This document shows positions 25,749-38,660 of a stretch of DNA of 64,000 nucleotides, in pieces; within the stretch, counting starts at the first letter, position 1; each line of letters begins with the position of its first letter. Location of the stretch: contig OZ024741.1 of the NCBI GenBank assembly GCA_964016885.1, forward strand, positions 114,204,001 to 114,268,000, given 5' to 3'. The notes below the pieces were generated by a model, which worked only from the letters and a program-made list of their open reading frames with translations, was not told the origin of the DNA and ran no database searches. A program made the position numbers and the translations under genes. Source of the stretch: Eledone cirrhosa. Lineage: Eukaryota.

Positions 25749-26329
25749 TATATATATATATCATGGGTTGCTTTTTTAGGCAATCTTTTGCAGTCAGATA
25801 CCCTTATATATATATATATAATATCTAATGCATCCTTCCATGTTTTAAGTGATTTCAGTGTAGTTCTAGGGATATTTGTCTACTATTTCTAGTAAGGTGT
25901 GCAACCCTAGCACTAATCTTATCAATCGACAAGATCCCATACCTCATTTGCTTACTGAGTTGGGTGGAATTCATCAAGTTGGACCAAAGAAAGAATGTTT
26001 CCATTGAACTTTCCATTGCTGATACTATCTACTAGTTGCAACTCTTTGCAGAAAGAACAATTTGAAATAAAGTGCCTTACTCAAGGACATAAGATATCAC
26101 CCAGACCGGGAATTGAATTCACAACCTTATGATTGTGAATCCAATTTTCTAGCCACTAAGTCATGTTCCTTCACTTATTTTATCAACCTCAAATGGATGA
26201 AAAGAAAAAAAGTAAATCTGGATATCTTTTAAATTCAGAACATAAAGAAACTTACTAAATTTCAATCACACAGTTTATTTTACCTGTTGCTCTATCAATT
26301 CTGTCTATGGTTTATTTTAATTCATTTAA

Positions 26330-27176
26330 CCCTTTTGATATCAAACTACCTGAAACCACTCCTGGTTCTATGATACATAAATGTTTGTTTTTAATTGCTT
26401 ATCATCATCATAATCATTTATCTTTGTTTTCCACACTGGCATAGGTTGGACAGATCCTCAAAGTCCAGGACTAGACTGGCTAATGAGTCATATCTTTCTC
26501 ATACATTCCATATTTAGCAAGGTTGCTATGGCTGGATGCCCTTCCTAATGCCAAAAAATTTACAGAGTGTATCTCAAACGAGTGAAAAATGTTTTTAAAC
26601 TTATACCTGTGAAGTAATATAATTATCTAAAACCCTTCCATCATAATTTTATATAAGAACCGTTGTTAAGCTATGTTCCAACACCAGATAAGCAATAAGA
26701 AAGTTACTTATAAAACTACAACACTGATTTTCTGGCACCCTTAGTTCCAGACCCATGCTGGATCACCTATTTTGCTGGAATATATAATAATTCACTAGAA
26801 ACATTGTTTACCTAGTGGGGTGGAACTCTTCAAATAAGACCAAGGAAACAATGTTTCCACTGGTCTTTCCATTGCTGATACTATCTGCCAGTCATAACTC
26901 CTGGCAGAAAGAACAATGTAAAATAAAGTGCCTTGCTCAAGAACATAATGCATTGCCCAGTCCGGAAATTGAACTTGCAACCTCATAATTGCAAATCAAA
27001 TTCTCTAGCCACTAAGCCACGTCCCTTTACAAATTTACACCAAATTCTAATCATTTAATCATTTAAAAATTTAAAGGTAAAGTCTTTCATTATCAATATG
27101 GCAATGAAATAGTTACAATAAACAGTTTTGCATTGTAGAACTAGATGTGGTTTCAGGCAGGTTGTTATCAGAAGGG
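26330..27176. mobile_element. piggyBac-like non-autonomous element with nested SINE fragments
   Basis: TTAA at 26326-26329 and 27177-27180; imperfect TIRs CCCTT.TGAT..CAA.CT.CCTGAAACCAC; related pieces at 54500-54760. Confidence 0.7.
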
Positions 27177-27191
27177 TTAATCTTTTAAGAA

Positions 27192-27212
27192 TTCCTTAAC
27201 AATTGATGCCAC
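27192..27212 (+). promoter_or_regulatory. U12-type (minor spliceosome) branch site and AC 3' splice site
   Basis: TTCCTTAAC at 27192-27200 is the U12 branch consensus; AC at 27211-27212 lies 13-14 nt from the branch A and restores the reading frame. Confidence 0.75.
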
Positions 27213-27295
27213 TTTGTGCAATTGAGTGATAAACGTGCCAGTTTCCAGCAGAGCATCGAGCTGTTACAGAAGGCACATTCCATTGCAGCTGCCAA
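27213..27295 (+). CDS. TTC23: Internal exon of a TTC23-like TPR protein gene (FVQLSDKRASFQQSIELLQKAHSIAAA+AA)
   Basis: Open frame ending at GTAAGT donor (27296-27301), phase 2, joining in frame to the exon at 50270. Peptide resembles the TTC23 segment LEQ..KAIE..QAHSI as I recall it. Acceptor is CAC preceded by U12 branch site TTCCTTAAC (27192-27200). Confidence 0.8.
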
Positions 27296-29099
27296 GTAAG
27301 TAGATATAATCTCCTCCTCCTTCTTCTTCTTCTTCTTCTTCTTCTTCTTCTTTCACTCTAAATATGTGTGTGTGTGCATATCATCACTGTCTGTATGTTA
27401 TATACCAACACAAGACTGTTTAACATCTATTTTCTATGCTTTCATGGATTATGGATTAGACTGTCACATTATCAGTGACCAAGTTATAAAATACAATTTT
27501 ATTTTGCATGGTTTTCTATGGTTGAATGCCCTTCTTAATACTAAACACATTCTAGCATGTACTGGAGACTTTTACATGGAACCAGTACTACCACCTTACT
27601 GGGTAGTGCATATCTGCATCTCTCTCTCTCCAAATGTATATATACATATTCACACACTGCAAGTGTGGTTGGCATTAGGAAGGGTATCCAGCCATAGAAA
27701 CCTAGCCAGAAATAGTTCTATATGAGCAAGGCACAGTCACCTGACCTAACTTGCCTCTAATTGGACCACCCATCTAACCGCTGCTGTGGAAAACATATAG
27801 TATTTTCTAACGTATACATTGGCTGATTAGTCTCATTTGCATACTGAGTGATTACATTTATGTAAACTACTATTTGAGAGTGAAAAATCAAATTCTAATT
27901 TTGTTTTTAATTTTCAGCAAAGCCCACCATAAAATTGCCCAGTTATACAAATATTTAGATAAAATAATATATAGTATATTTAGAACATAGCATTGTAAGT
28001 AAAGAATATATTTAGGGAAAAACTTGCTTGGACTGCATTTCCACTATGACCAAAAAAAATAGCAATTAATATAATTAGAATGGTTAATTAGTGAATTAAG
28101 ACAGTCCTAACTCACCAGTAAGCAAGTCTTAAAACATACATAACAAAGATTTTTCGAGAAAATTCAAATGAATCATCTGTGTTGGTATATAACATCCAGA
28201 CAATGACTAATTTCTCTGCCAAGAAAACATGTAATATTATAAAAACCATGTAGTTTAGCATAAAATAAAAGTTAGTATAACATTAAAAAAATAGAGGTCA
28301 AGAAGGAGGCTAGAAATAGCTTACAAGCTCCTCAAAATTAATAACTCAACCCAGATTAAATTAATTAACTAAAAGGGAGTAGCAACATCATAAAAATAGA
28401 TCAAAATAAAATTATTTCAATCATATTATACGATAAACAACTCAGTACTTATACAGGCTAAAAACTATATTTTTTTCCAGAACTTTATTTATACAAAGTA
28501 TATTTGGGTACTATAGTATATAGTATTATTTAAAAAAATTTTTATAGTTTCAAAATGTTTATTTTCAATATAGAAATAATAAAAAATGGGAAACAAAAGG
28601 AAAGAAAGAATAGGGAAATATGGAAAAAAAAGAGAGAAAGAAAGAAGGAAAAGAACAGGAAGGAGAGGAGATGGCAAGAGCTCTAGTGTTGCAGAAGAGG
28701 GGCGAGGGTGATTGGGCTTTGGGCTTTGGGCAAAAGGGCAGATGTGCTGCGCCCTGCTGACAAGACGGCAAAAGCATTCTCCCAGACGATGGCCAGTGAC
28801 ACTTGCTGCAACAGCCACTCTGGTTTTTAGAAACTCCTCAAAACATTGTCTTCAGCCCATGCCAATATGGAAAAGTGAATGTAAAAACGATGGAAGTTAT
28901 CCAACCACCTTGCTTCAATTATAGAGAGATCTCCTTGTTAATCTTTTCTGGTAAAGTCTATCCTAAGTGTCTCGTAAAGTGATGTAAGGATATTGTTGAC
29001 TCCAAACTAGCTGACAATAATGTGGTTTTCACCCCAGATGCAGCACTGCCAACCAAATATTCACTCTGGGCAGGTCTTTGAGAAATTGTAGGAATATTG

Positions 29100-29520
29100 C
29101 CAGGTAAAGTATGCTTGTTCGTAGACCATGAAAAAGTATATGATTGCACAGCACCTGCTGTAGAAGGTTCTGCAGGTGTATGGGATCGATGGACTGCTTC
29201 TTGTTGCTTTGATATCTCTGTATGAATGCCCTAGTATTTGTGTTCAGATAAATAGTGCTAAGCTGAAACAATTCAATGTGGGTGTCAGATTCTGCCAAGC
29301 GTGCATACTGCCACCCTTCTGTTCATAATCTTCATGGACAGGTTTTACATGTGTAGCTGGGTTGGAAGTGGTATTAAGACTAGTGGGTGTGGGATCAGTT
29401 GGCTGGAATTTGTAGATGACATGGTATAACTTAACTCATCAGGTCATCTCCAACATGATAAGATTGTTGCCAAATGTTGGATGGCAGGAATGAAAATCAG
29501 TGCTGTGAAGTCTGAAACAC
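29100..29520 (+). pseudogene. Old non-LTR reverse transcriptase fragment
   Basis: Degenerate FVDHEKVYD, LLFIIFMDR, LEFVDD motifs. Confidence 0.6.
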
Positions 29521-29999
29521 ATTTTTTCTAAACTTACCAAAAGCTATAGTAGTTGTGGATGATCTTTTGGTAGGCTGGAATACAATTGTACTTTAGTTTT
29601 AAATAGGCAATGATAGATTGTCTGATTATTTGGGTTAGTGTTGCTATCCTTCAAAGATCATTTGTTTATAATAAATTCATAAATATCTGTGTATAAGTGA
29701 AGCCTAGACAAAACATTTTGTTGTAGCTACTGTATACAGCTTCCAAATTGATTTGTTTTTTTTTCATTTTACATTAAGCATTACATTTTCTTTTTCTTTT
29801 TTATATTACCATTTAAAATTTAATATAGAATATTTATGAGTTTTCCTGTAAAACATTTTCTATTGTTTTCTTATTAAATACAGATTAACATTTATGTGTT
29901 TCTTTTAACCATTTTGATACCAAAGTATCTGAAACCAGTTCCAATTTTAAAGTTTCATACATATAACATTTCAATCGGGCAGACAAGACATTTTCCAGT

Positions 30000-30046
<47 letters not shown>

Positions 30047-30084
30047 AAGTAAATGAGATAATGTTTAAGGTTACCTAAGCCCAG

Positions 30085-30945
30085 GTTACAAATAATCTGT
30101 ACCGAGGAATATTTCAGCATACGGTGCTAGTTGACTCGTATCCAATTAGTGACCTTTCTGCAGGCATATGATTTTATAAGATACCATTAAAAGTAAAGCT
30201 TGTTAAAAATGTGTTAAGAAAAAAATGTATTATAACAAAGGTAAATAACTCTAAGATGTAAATATGAAATTTGAGATCATTCACGTGTTTGTGTTCATAT
30301 GTTATAGCAGAATTATTATATTATGTGGTGGAATGTAGCAGGGGGTAATATTTATTAAGGTATAGAGTAGTATAGAAAGTGTATTTTATTATCTAAGAGT
30401 GGAAAGAGAAAGAAAAAGAAAAGATATAACTGAAGCATTTAAATCAAATTTAGGTGGTTGAATTTGTTGAGTATTTCCACTTAGTAAGCAGTTGGATTTT
30501 GAGATCATCCTCTAAAAATGTTGCTCTTTGAATTCAAATAATTTTGTCCAGAGATGACAAACTTTGTAATATCTTAAATTTCTCACTCAGATAGAGATGC
30601 TATTTCTTGCTATCATTGGTGTCAGGACTGGATCTTTCAAATGTCTTCCAAGAGATCTTATGTGGGACTTCTTTTTCCTTCAATTGCCAGACATGATTAT
30701 TCAGGCCTGTACTGTTTCTCATATCAGGATTCCTGAAGGATTGGGGATGCATGTAAAAACGTTGTTTAAAACGATCTTGCATCATATCGATGTATATTTC
30801 ACTGCAAAACGTGTTTTAGCACACTTTATTTTTAACAGTATCTTATAAACTTATATTAATGCCTGAAGAAAGGTCACAAATTTGAAGCCTATTGTATTCT
30901 GGAGGTATGGAAAAATTTGTGTCTTGAAACATTGACTAGCATTAT
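30085..30945 (-). mobile_element. Degenerate PLE fragment (GIY-YIG) with hammerhead-like ends
   Basis: FKQRFYMH..NSTGLNNHVWQLKEK..ISWK (30600-30785); atgcCTG.AGAaaggtcac occurs inverted at ~30150-30168 (-) and 30859-30877 (+). Confidence 0.7.
30857..30944 (+). ncRNA. Hammerhead-like motif with long stem II
   Basis: taatgc-CTGAAGA-aaggtcacaaattt..aaatttgtgtctt-GAAA-cattgact-A-gcatta; stem III imperfect. Confidence 0.5.
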
Positions 30946-31039
30946 TGTTCCATGTATGTACATAAAAAGATAATGTAGTGTAAGTTCAAACAGATTGATT
31001 TCCTTCACTGACGATCCTGATCGATTATCGAAATGCACT

Positions 31040-31228
31040 TCATCATCATCATCATCATCATTTTACGTCCACTTTTCCCTGCTTGCAAGGGTGGGACGGG
31101 AACTGATTCTGGCTTGATTTCTACAGCTGGATGCCCTTCCTAACACCAATCTCATTTACAGTGAGTGCTGGGTGATTTTTATCCGTGGCGCCTACACATC
31201 CACTTTACAGTGGAATGATAGGGACCCC
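31040..31228 (-). mobile_element. Truncated SINE family 1
   Basis: Matches the 3' half of 10717-11067. Confidence 0.8.
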
Positions 31229-31544
31229 ATATTGGTGAAATGTATTCATGATTATTGAATGATAATTATGAAGGAATATATATAATTTTTGCCAGGTATC
31301 TATAATTTATTTATTTTTGTTAAATTTTAATGTTACCTTACTGTTCTTACATTCTATACAGATTGTCTCCTGTTAAAGTTTGATGTTATATTGTACATTT
31401 ATATTACTCGATATATATGTATGTATATATATCATTCAGTATTTTTATAATAAATGCTTGGATTTATTCCTTGAGCTTATTCTACAGGTGATAAGGCACA
31501 TATTTGAGATTTTCTCAAACATGACATTTATATTTTTCAATGTA

Positions 31545-31576
<32 letters not shown>

Positions 31577-31935
31577 ATACTTGGGGAGGGTCATATTTGT
31601 GTAATATTGCCAGAATTAATAACAGAACACACTCACTGTTTGGTTGGTTTTCATATAAAAAACCTCGCAAAACTAATTCATCGCCGTTATATATATATAT
31701 ATACAAATTAAAATGAAGAATTAGAAATAGAAGCCAGGACTATCCATCATCAGTGGTCTACTAGCCATCATAGGTATTTCTTCTCATTAAAGACCAGATA
31801 CCTCAGGCTAGCGCGAACAATAACTAAAATAAGTTATTGGGATAAAAAGAATTGGGTGGAGAAAGAGAGACAGGTAAACAAACACGACTGGTGAGGCAAC
31901 GTAATATATATATATATATTAAGGCGAAGAAGTGA

Positions 31936-31986
31936 GTCTTATTACTCTGGAGTTTCGTCTGTTTATCACAGGGTCATCAGACTAGA
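31936..31986 (-). ncRNA. Degenerate hammerhead-like motif
   Basis: Minus strand tctagt-CTGATGA-ccctgt(gataa)acagac-GAAA-ctccagagt-A-ataaga; stem I partly mismatched. Confidence 0.45.
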
Positions 31987-32949
31987 ACTAATGTTTCAAT
32001 GACAGACACAGTATAAATAAGGAAGACTTGGGTTGGGGGAAGGAGGATTTAATTGAGGTGTAATTATGATAGGATGGGCAGAGTGGTGGTGGCAGTGGGG
32101 GTAGAAGGAGAAGGTGATAGTGGGTGTAGCCATAGAAAATAGGAATTTAGCAATAGAAATTTAGCTGGTTGGTGGAAGGTGGAATGCAGGTAGTGAATGT
32201 AGAGGTGGGTGTGTAGAGGGGGCGGAGTAGTGAAAATGTTGGTGGGATTGGTGGATGGAAGTTACATATGTAAACAATCATACACAAACATAGCTACACA
32301 CACATACATCTAAGAACAAAATATAAAGTACGGATATATATATATATTTATATATATAAAGAACAAAATGAAGTTTCAAATGAGAACCTCAATGTGAAAC
32401 CTTGATTTGTTCTTCTTAATATATACTCTTGGCTATAGCATAATGTGCTAATATTGGTACTTTTCTCAGTAAACCACAAATCAACTGAATTACCTATTAT
32501 ATATATATATATATCTCAAGCATGAAACTAATAATAATTGTTTCTATATTTGGCACAAGGCCAGCAATTATCCTAGTGCATTACTGGTACTTTATTTTAT
32601 CAACACCATACGGATGAAAGGCAAAGTCAACCTTGGCGGGATTTGAACTCAGACCATAATAATGAAACTAATAATAATAACATTTGTACTGTCTCTTCGT
32701 TTTTCTGTTTTTGTTCTCTGTATATTTAAAAAAAAAATAAATATATATATACATTTAACATTTTTTTCCATAGTTGAAAACACCTCATGTCCATTGTGCC
32801 TTGAATGCATGTTACATAAAATCTAGGCGAAATTATAAGGAGATACAGATATATTAAGAGATTGCACAGTTTAATGCTATCCCCCTAAAAATGCAAAAAA
32901 AAAAAAAAATTATTTCAACACTTGCTGATTGTAACCAGGTTGCATTGTA

Positions 32950-35830
32950 CTTGTAGCCTGTGTACAACCTAAAGTCCAACCCTCCTCAATGTGGCAGGGT
33001 GGTGGCAACAGGTAGTGTCAGAGCTATGCCATCGGTCTGGCACCCAGCGGTATTAGGGCCGCAAACCGGCAAAAGGGACTCTGGTGAAAATCTAAGAGGT
33101 GTCTGTTCCGGCAACCGGTGGCTTCGGGTCGTTTCTATCCCTGTGTCTGTGGAGAATCTGCGGCAAACAGGACGTTTTTTCCCCTCGTTTGGGATATACA
33201 TGCGGGTTTTTTGGGGACCGCTTGTGAATTCACTACTCCCATGACACTTCTTCCATAAATCCTACAAATACGAACTATGAATACGAATTGCCTTCCCACT
33301 ACGAATGCAATGCAAAGCAACAGCGCTCCTACCGCTATGGCTCTACAGACTGCTCCTGCAGTAGTCCCGCTTTTCAGACGAAAGAAGGAATTGAGGGTGG
33401 TGTGCTGGAATGTCCGAACACTTCGTGACGACGGTGTCCAGGCACTTACAATGGAGGCTCTGTACAGGTACTGCGTTAGTGTTGCTTGCCTTTCAGAAGT
33501 TCGACTTCCCGATGTTGGTCATCTTCTGATCAAAGTTCCTGGCGAGGACATCTCCTACCACTTGTACCACAGTGGCGTGACTGACAACAGTGGCTTTCAT
33601 GGGGTCGCTGTAGCTCTCAGCCCCGATGCGCAAGCGGCTCTGCTGGCGTGGCAGCCGAACTCACACCGACTTGTGCTGGTTCGATTGAATGGTCAAATCT
33701 CCAACATCAGCGTAATTGCCGTCTACGCTCCCACACTCAATGCGGACGAGGCGGACAAGACGTAGTTCTATGCCGATCTCCAAACAACCGTGGATGGCGT
33801 CTCCTCCAGTGATGTTCTCATTGACGCTGGGGACTGGAATGCACGGATGGGGCCAGCTGATGATACAACACGGCATATTCTAGGACGCTTCACCCTAGGC
33901 GTACGCTGTGACAATGGTGAACGGCTCGTATCCTTCATGGATGCCAATTGTCTTATTGTCACCAACACACGGTTCCAACATCCTCGTGATCCAATGACGG
34001 AAGAATGGCCAATCAGATTGACTACATCCTGGTCAGATCTCAGTGGGCCAGCTCAGTGATGGACTCGCGTGCGTATCGAGGGGCTGATACGGGCAGTGAG
34101 CATGGATCAGACCATACACTTGTTCGAGCAACCCTTCATCTGTGGCTGCAGGCGAAACCTCCTCCCAACCGCCAGAAAAGGATCGACATCTCGCGACTCA
34201 AGCTCGATGCTGGAAATGCTTTCTGGCTAGAGCTGCGAAGTCGATTCCAAATGCTGAGTAACGAAGTGGAACAGCAACCAGAGCAGGAGTGGAACGCGCT
34301 CAGGGCGGCAACAGTTGAGGTGGCCAGGGAGCATCTCCTGTCGATCCAAAGATGCCATCTCCGGTGGCACTCTTAAACTTGCAGAGAGGGCGAGAGTGGC
34401 CCAACTCGAGGGTGCACCCAATCTTCGAGATCTCCGACGTCACACATCTTGGGCTATTCGGGCCGATCGGAATGCACACTGGTGCGAATTTGTGGGGCAG
34501 ACGGAGAGGGTAGCAGCCTGTGGTGACTCGCGCAAGCTCTACTAACTGGTGAAGTGGGCCAGCCGAAGCAATACGGGTATCAGCGAGACGATCTGTGATT
34601 GGAACGGGGTGGTCATTACCAATCTTAATGACCGGCTGCTCAACCACCCGCCACCACCCACTCCAACCTACGTGCAGCCTTCCCGAGAAGAATACGGGTG
34701 CAGCACTGCCCCTCCAATGTACGCAGTGTCCTGACACATCTCCGGAACAACAAGGCGCCGGGCGAAGATGGCGTTCCAGCTGAGGTCTACAAGGCCGAGC
34801 CTGATGTCTTCACAGCTTGGCTCCATCGAGTCTTCTCCTCGGTGTGGGCGATGGAGCGGTTCCCTGGTGACTGGAGCGAGGCAACTCTCCTACCCTTCTT
34901 CAAAAAAGGTGATAGGAAACTGTGTTCCAACTACAAGGGTATCAGTTTAATTGACATTGCTGCCAAAATCTTCGCAATTCTTCTGCTGAAGAGGTTGAAG
35001 ACCATCTGTGATGTCCGTACTTGTCCTCAGGATGACATCGTGCTGATAGGTGCTAGCGGGACAGATGTACAAGGTGCTCTCAAAGCCGCCAAGTCGAAAG
35101 TCATGACGTCACTGGTCTCGGCTGATGCCTGGCAGCCAATATCTCTCGAGGGTGTGGACCTGGAGGCTGTGGAGTCCTTCGTTTACCTGGGCTCAACAGT
35201 GGTTCCAACGGGACAGGGCGCAGCCGAGGTCAAACATCGCATAGGTGCTGCCAGATCCACTTTTGGGCGCCTCCAGCGGTGTCTGTAGAACAAAAGAGAG
35301 AGAGATCACCTTGGTGACCATAGGGCAAATCTACCAGGCCATCGTTCGCACTATTCTCCTCTATGGCTGTGAAACATGGCCTATGAGGGTAGTCGATCAA
35401 TGATGGCTGGAGGTCTTCGACAATGACTGTCTCCGCCACATTCTTCACTGCCAACGCGTTGATCGAGTACCTACCACCAGTCTTCGTCTCGCCCGAATCT
35501 TCGACCCCTTCCTTCAGTGCTTGCGATAGTTTGGTTACGCAACCCGGCGCCATGAGGGTGAGCTGATCCGCGATATTCTCCTCCCACCTCCACTCTCCAA
35601 CTGGCGCAAGTGCGTTGGTGGGCAGCGATGATCAAGGAGGACCTCTCCGAACTCAACGGTCTGCAGGTGGTCGGCCTGCGCTGATGGAACCATGACTGGC
35701 TCGCTATCTCCAGTGACCTAGCCCGGGACCGTCGTGCGTGGGATGCCATGGTTCGGTATGCCACCAGGACAAAGGAAGAAGCCGGCTCAACCAGTCCAGG
35801 GTGAATGTCGACACAAGTACAAGTAAGTAC
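32950..35830 (+). mobile_element. GC-rich RTE LINE, APE retained, most of the RT core deleted
   Basis: LRVVCWNVRTL, AVYAPT, GDWNAR, NQIDYIL, SDH, KAPGEDG, NYKGISL, FVYLGS; RT jumps from RTCPQ directly to DDIVL; CAAGTA-type tail at 35813-35830. Confidence 0.88.
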
Positions 35831-35834
35831 TAGC

Positions 35835-37270
35835 AGGATACATTTTTAGATGGCTCAGGAAATTGAGTTATCCACTTTCCCACCTGAAGACAGATCCTGA
35901 CTAATCCTCCACTGGGATGGAGAATTATTACCATTGGCTTCCTGATCTAGCACACTCAAAGATTGGATTGCAGTTTTAGTTACAGGAAAAGTAAAGGAGG
36001 AACTGTTATGTGTTCCTATTGCAAGAGATGGAACTGAACAGCAAGTTGCTGAAGTTGTCTTGAAGGAAATTCAACGGCTCAAAATTAAGGATAGAATAAT
36101 TAGTATGTCGTTTGATACTACTGCCAGTAACACTGACACATACAAAGGAGCAAATACAAACATTGAAGCAGCTCTGAAAAAAATCCCGCTGGCTTGCCAC
36201 CATCACATTCATGAACTGGTTTTGAAGAAAGTCTTGAAGGTCTTTTTCTTATCATGGAGGCACATGGCTTAGTGGCTAGAGCATTGGCCTTGCAATCGAA
36301 AGGTTGTGAGTTCAATTCTCAGACCGGGTGATGTGTTGTTTCCTTGAGCAAGACACTTTATTTCACATTGCTCCAGTTTACTCAGCTGTAGAAATGAGAT
36401 GATAGGACTGGTGAGGTCCCTATCATTCCACTGCAAAGTGGACATGGAGGCGCCACGGCAAAAAAGCACCCAGCACTCACTGTAAATGAGGTTGGTGTTA
36501 GGAAGGGCATCCAGCTGGAATCAGTTCTCGTCCCACCCTTGCAAGCAGGGAAAAAGCGGACGTAAAATGAAATGATGAATGATTCCAATGTTCCAAAAAT
36601 TCCAGAAAAGTTGGGACTCCATCAATTAGTCTTATTATCAAACTATCTTGGATGATGATGAAGCCTTGGAAGATTTTTACAAGCAAATGAGGGAGGAGAT
36701 GAATGAATATTTACTGACTGTACTGCTTTCTGAGATAATCCCAGAGAAGAATAAGCTGAGTTCATAAAATTATCCCTTCTCTGTCTTGGTGGTTTGCCAC
36801 TCATCTAGATCTTCTTCTTGGTCTCTGGAGCTTTCCACCAGGGTTGTTGGATAGCTAAGGCCATATATGTGATCAAGATAGTTCTGTTCAAAGAAAACAA
36901 CTTAAGTTTACATCATGTAAGTCAAAAGATCTATAAAAAGTAGTTTCTGGTTATGAATTTCATTCATAAAAAATGTTTCTCTCTTTATCCCCAATATTAT
37001 TGCATATTTAGAACATATTCCTCCTCATTATTTTCATTTAATTTCATTCTGTCATATGGTTTCCACATTGGATGCAGTAAAGTGAACAAAAAGGACAATA
37101 TACTAGTTCCAAAAAAATCATCATAAATAAAAAAGATGTGAAGGTGTGCAACCTCTAAATATCATTCAAATCAATCTATAATTTGGCATACATTGTAATT
37201 TCATCAACTCTAACATGGGTGTAACTGACATGAGATGATTGGCAAATAGTTTGCAAAATGGAACGCCCTA
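35835..37270 (+). mobile_element. hATm-like DNA transposon relic, interrupted by a SINE
   Basis: SFDTTASNT..GA..LACHHHIHELVL and GAFHQGCWIAKAIYVIKIVLF motifs; right end reads TAGGGCGTTCC on the minus strand (37260-37270). Confidence 0.7.
36255..36583 (+). mobile_element. tRNA-derived SINE family 1 (full length)
   Basis: Reverse complement of 10717-11067. Confidence 0.88.
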
Positions 37271-37683
37271 GTATATATTCGTGTGTGCATGATCTTTTTG
37301 TGTATTTATAGGTGTATGTGTGGCTGTATTTATGGGTGTCTTCAGTGTGTGTTTGAGTGAAATTATATGGTTATTAGTATTTATATGTTAGTGTTTACAC
37401 ATGTGTGTGCATAAGCTTGTATGACTGTCTGTATCTATGTATCTATATATCAAATGGGAAGGGACATATATATCCAGAGCTTTTGGTAGTTGGATGAGAA
37501 AAGGTGGTTATAGCAGAGAGTTAAGGGAGTCATATATCTACAGCTTGTATTACAAAGTTTCGGATGGGAAGAGGTGATATGTAGTGGTCAGTGATGTGGT
37601 CACTGGTGACCAGAGAGAAGGAGTGCATGGTGGGGTGGACATGTTAAGGTGTGTTCTAGCTTGGTAGATGTGTATGTATGTGA

Positions 37684-37739
<56 letters not shown>

Positions 37740-37744
37740 ATGTA

Positions 37745-37797
<53 letters not shown>

Positions 37798-37983
37798 AAT
37801 TTATATCTAGTAACATTTATATACATACAGATGCATATCAATGCTAGCAAATAAATAGGTTTTGTCTTAGTAACATTGTGGTTCAATGCATGGGGTTGCA
37901 GAACAATAATATGAGAGACGTAAGATAAGAAAATTATAAAATTATAAAAAAAATTATAAAATTGACTTACTTACTAAAATATC

Positions 37984-38065
37984 ACTTCCAACTAATTAGT
38001 TTCTGGAATGGAGTAAATATATTTTCCGAAGAATATACAGAAAAGCATTCCGTCGTCAGGAAAGT
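37984..38065 (-). ncRNA. Type-I hammerhead ribozyme (inverted copy of 38579-38660)
   Basis: Reverse complement of 38579-38660. Confidence 0.75.
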
Positions 38066-38578
38066 CTCTTTTCATGTAAGTTTCCAGGCATAGCGAGGAC
38101 TCTGGAAACTTATTAAAAAATAATTCAGTGGAAAGGAAATAGCGAAGCGTGGACTGAAATCCTAGCCCTTGAGAAAACTTACGTCTCTCATATTATTGTT
38201 CTGCAACCCCATGCATTGAACCACAATGTTACTAAGACAAAACCTATATATTTGCTAGCATTGATATGCATCTGTATGTATATAAATGTTACTAGATATA
38301 CATTCTTTATAATTATCTCCAATTCATTTGTCGAGCAATATTGGCCATGACTGCTGCTATAGTAGTAGGCAGGCCGCTGTCTTATTAACAACTCGCTTTC
38401 CACTGATTGACCTCGATGCCACGTGATTGATTCTTTTTGAATTTGCCACAGACGTAGAGGCAGTGATTTTCTCAAGGGCTAGGATTTCAGTCCACGCTTC
38501 GCTATTTCCTTTCCACTGAATTATTTTTTAATAAGTTTCCAGAGTCCTCGCTATGCCTGGAAACTTACATGAAAAGAG

Positions 38579-38660
38579 ACTTTCCTGACGACGGAATGCT
38601 TTTCTGTATATTCTTCGGAAAATATATTTACTCCATTCCAGAAACTAATTAGTTGGAAGT
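38579..38660 (+). ncRNA. Type-I hammerhead ribozyme with extended stem II
   Basis: actttc-CTGACGA-c-ggaatg..cattcc-a-GAAA-ctaattagt-T-ggaagt; palindromic stem III ACTAATTAGT. Confidence 0.75.

Noticed and set aside
27190-27212. Canonical TAAG acceptor with an in-frame TGA that might be fixed by A-to-I editing
   Set aside because: The U12 branch site plus AC acceptor explains the exon without invoking editing.
31745-31756. CTGATGA on the minus strand
   Set aside because: No downstream GAAA or supporting stems, so not called a hammerhead.
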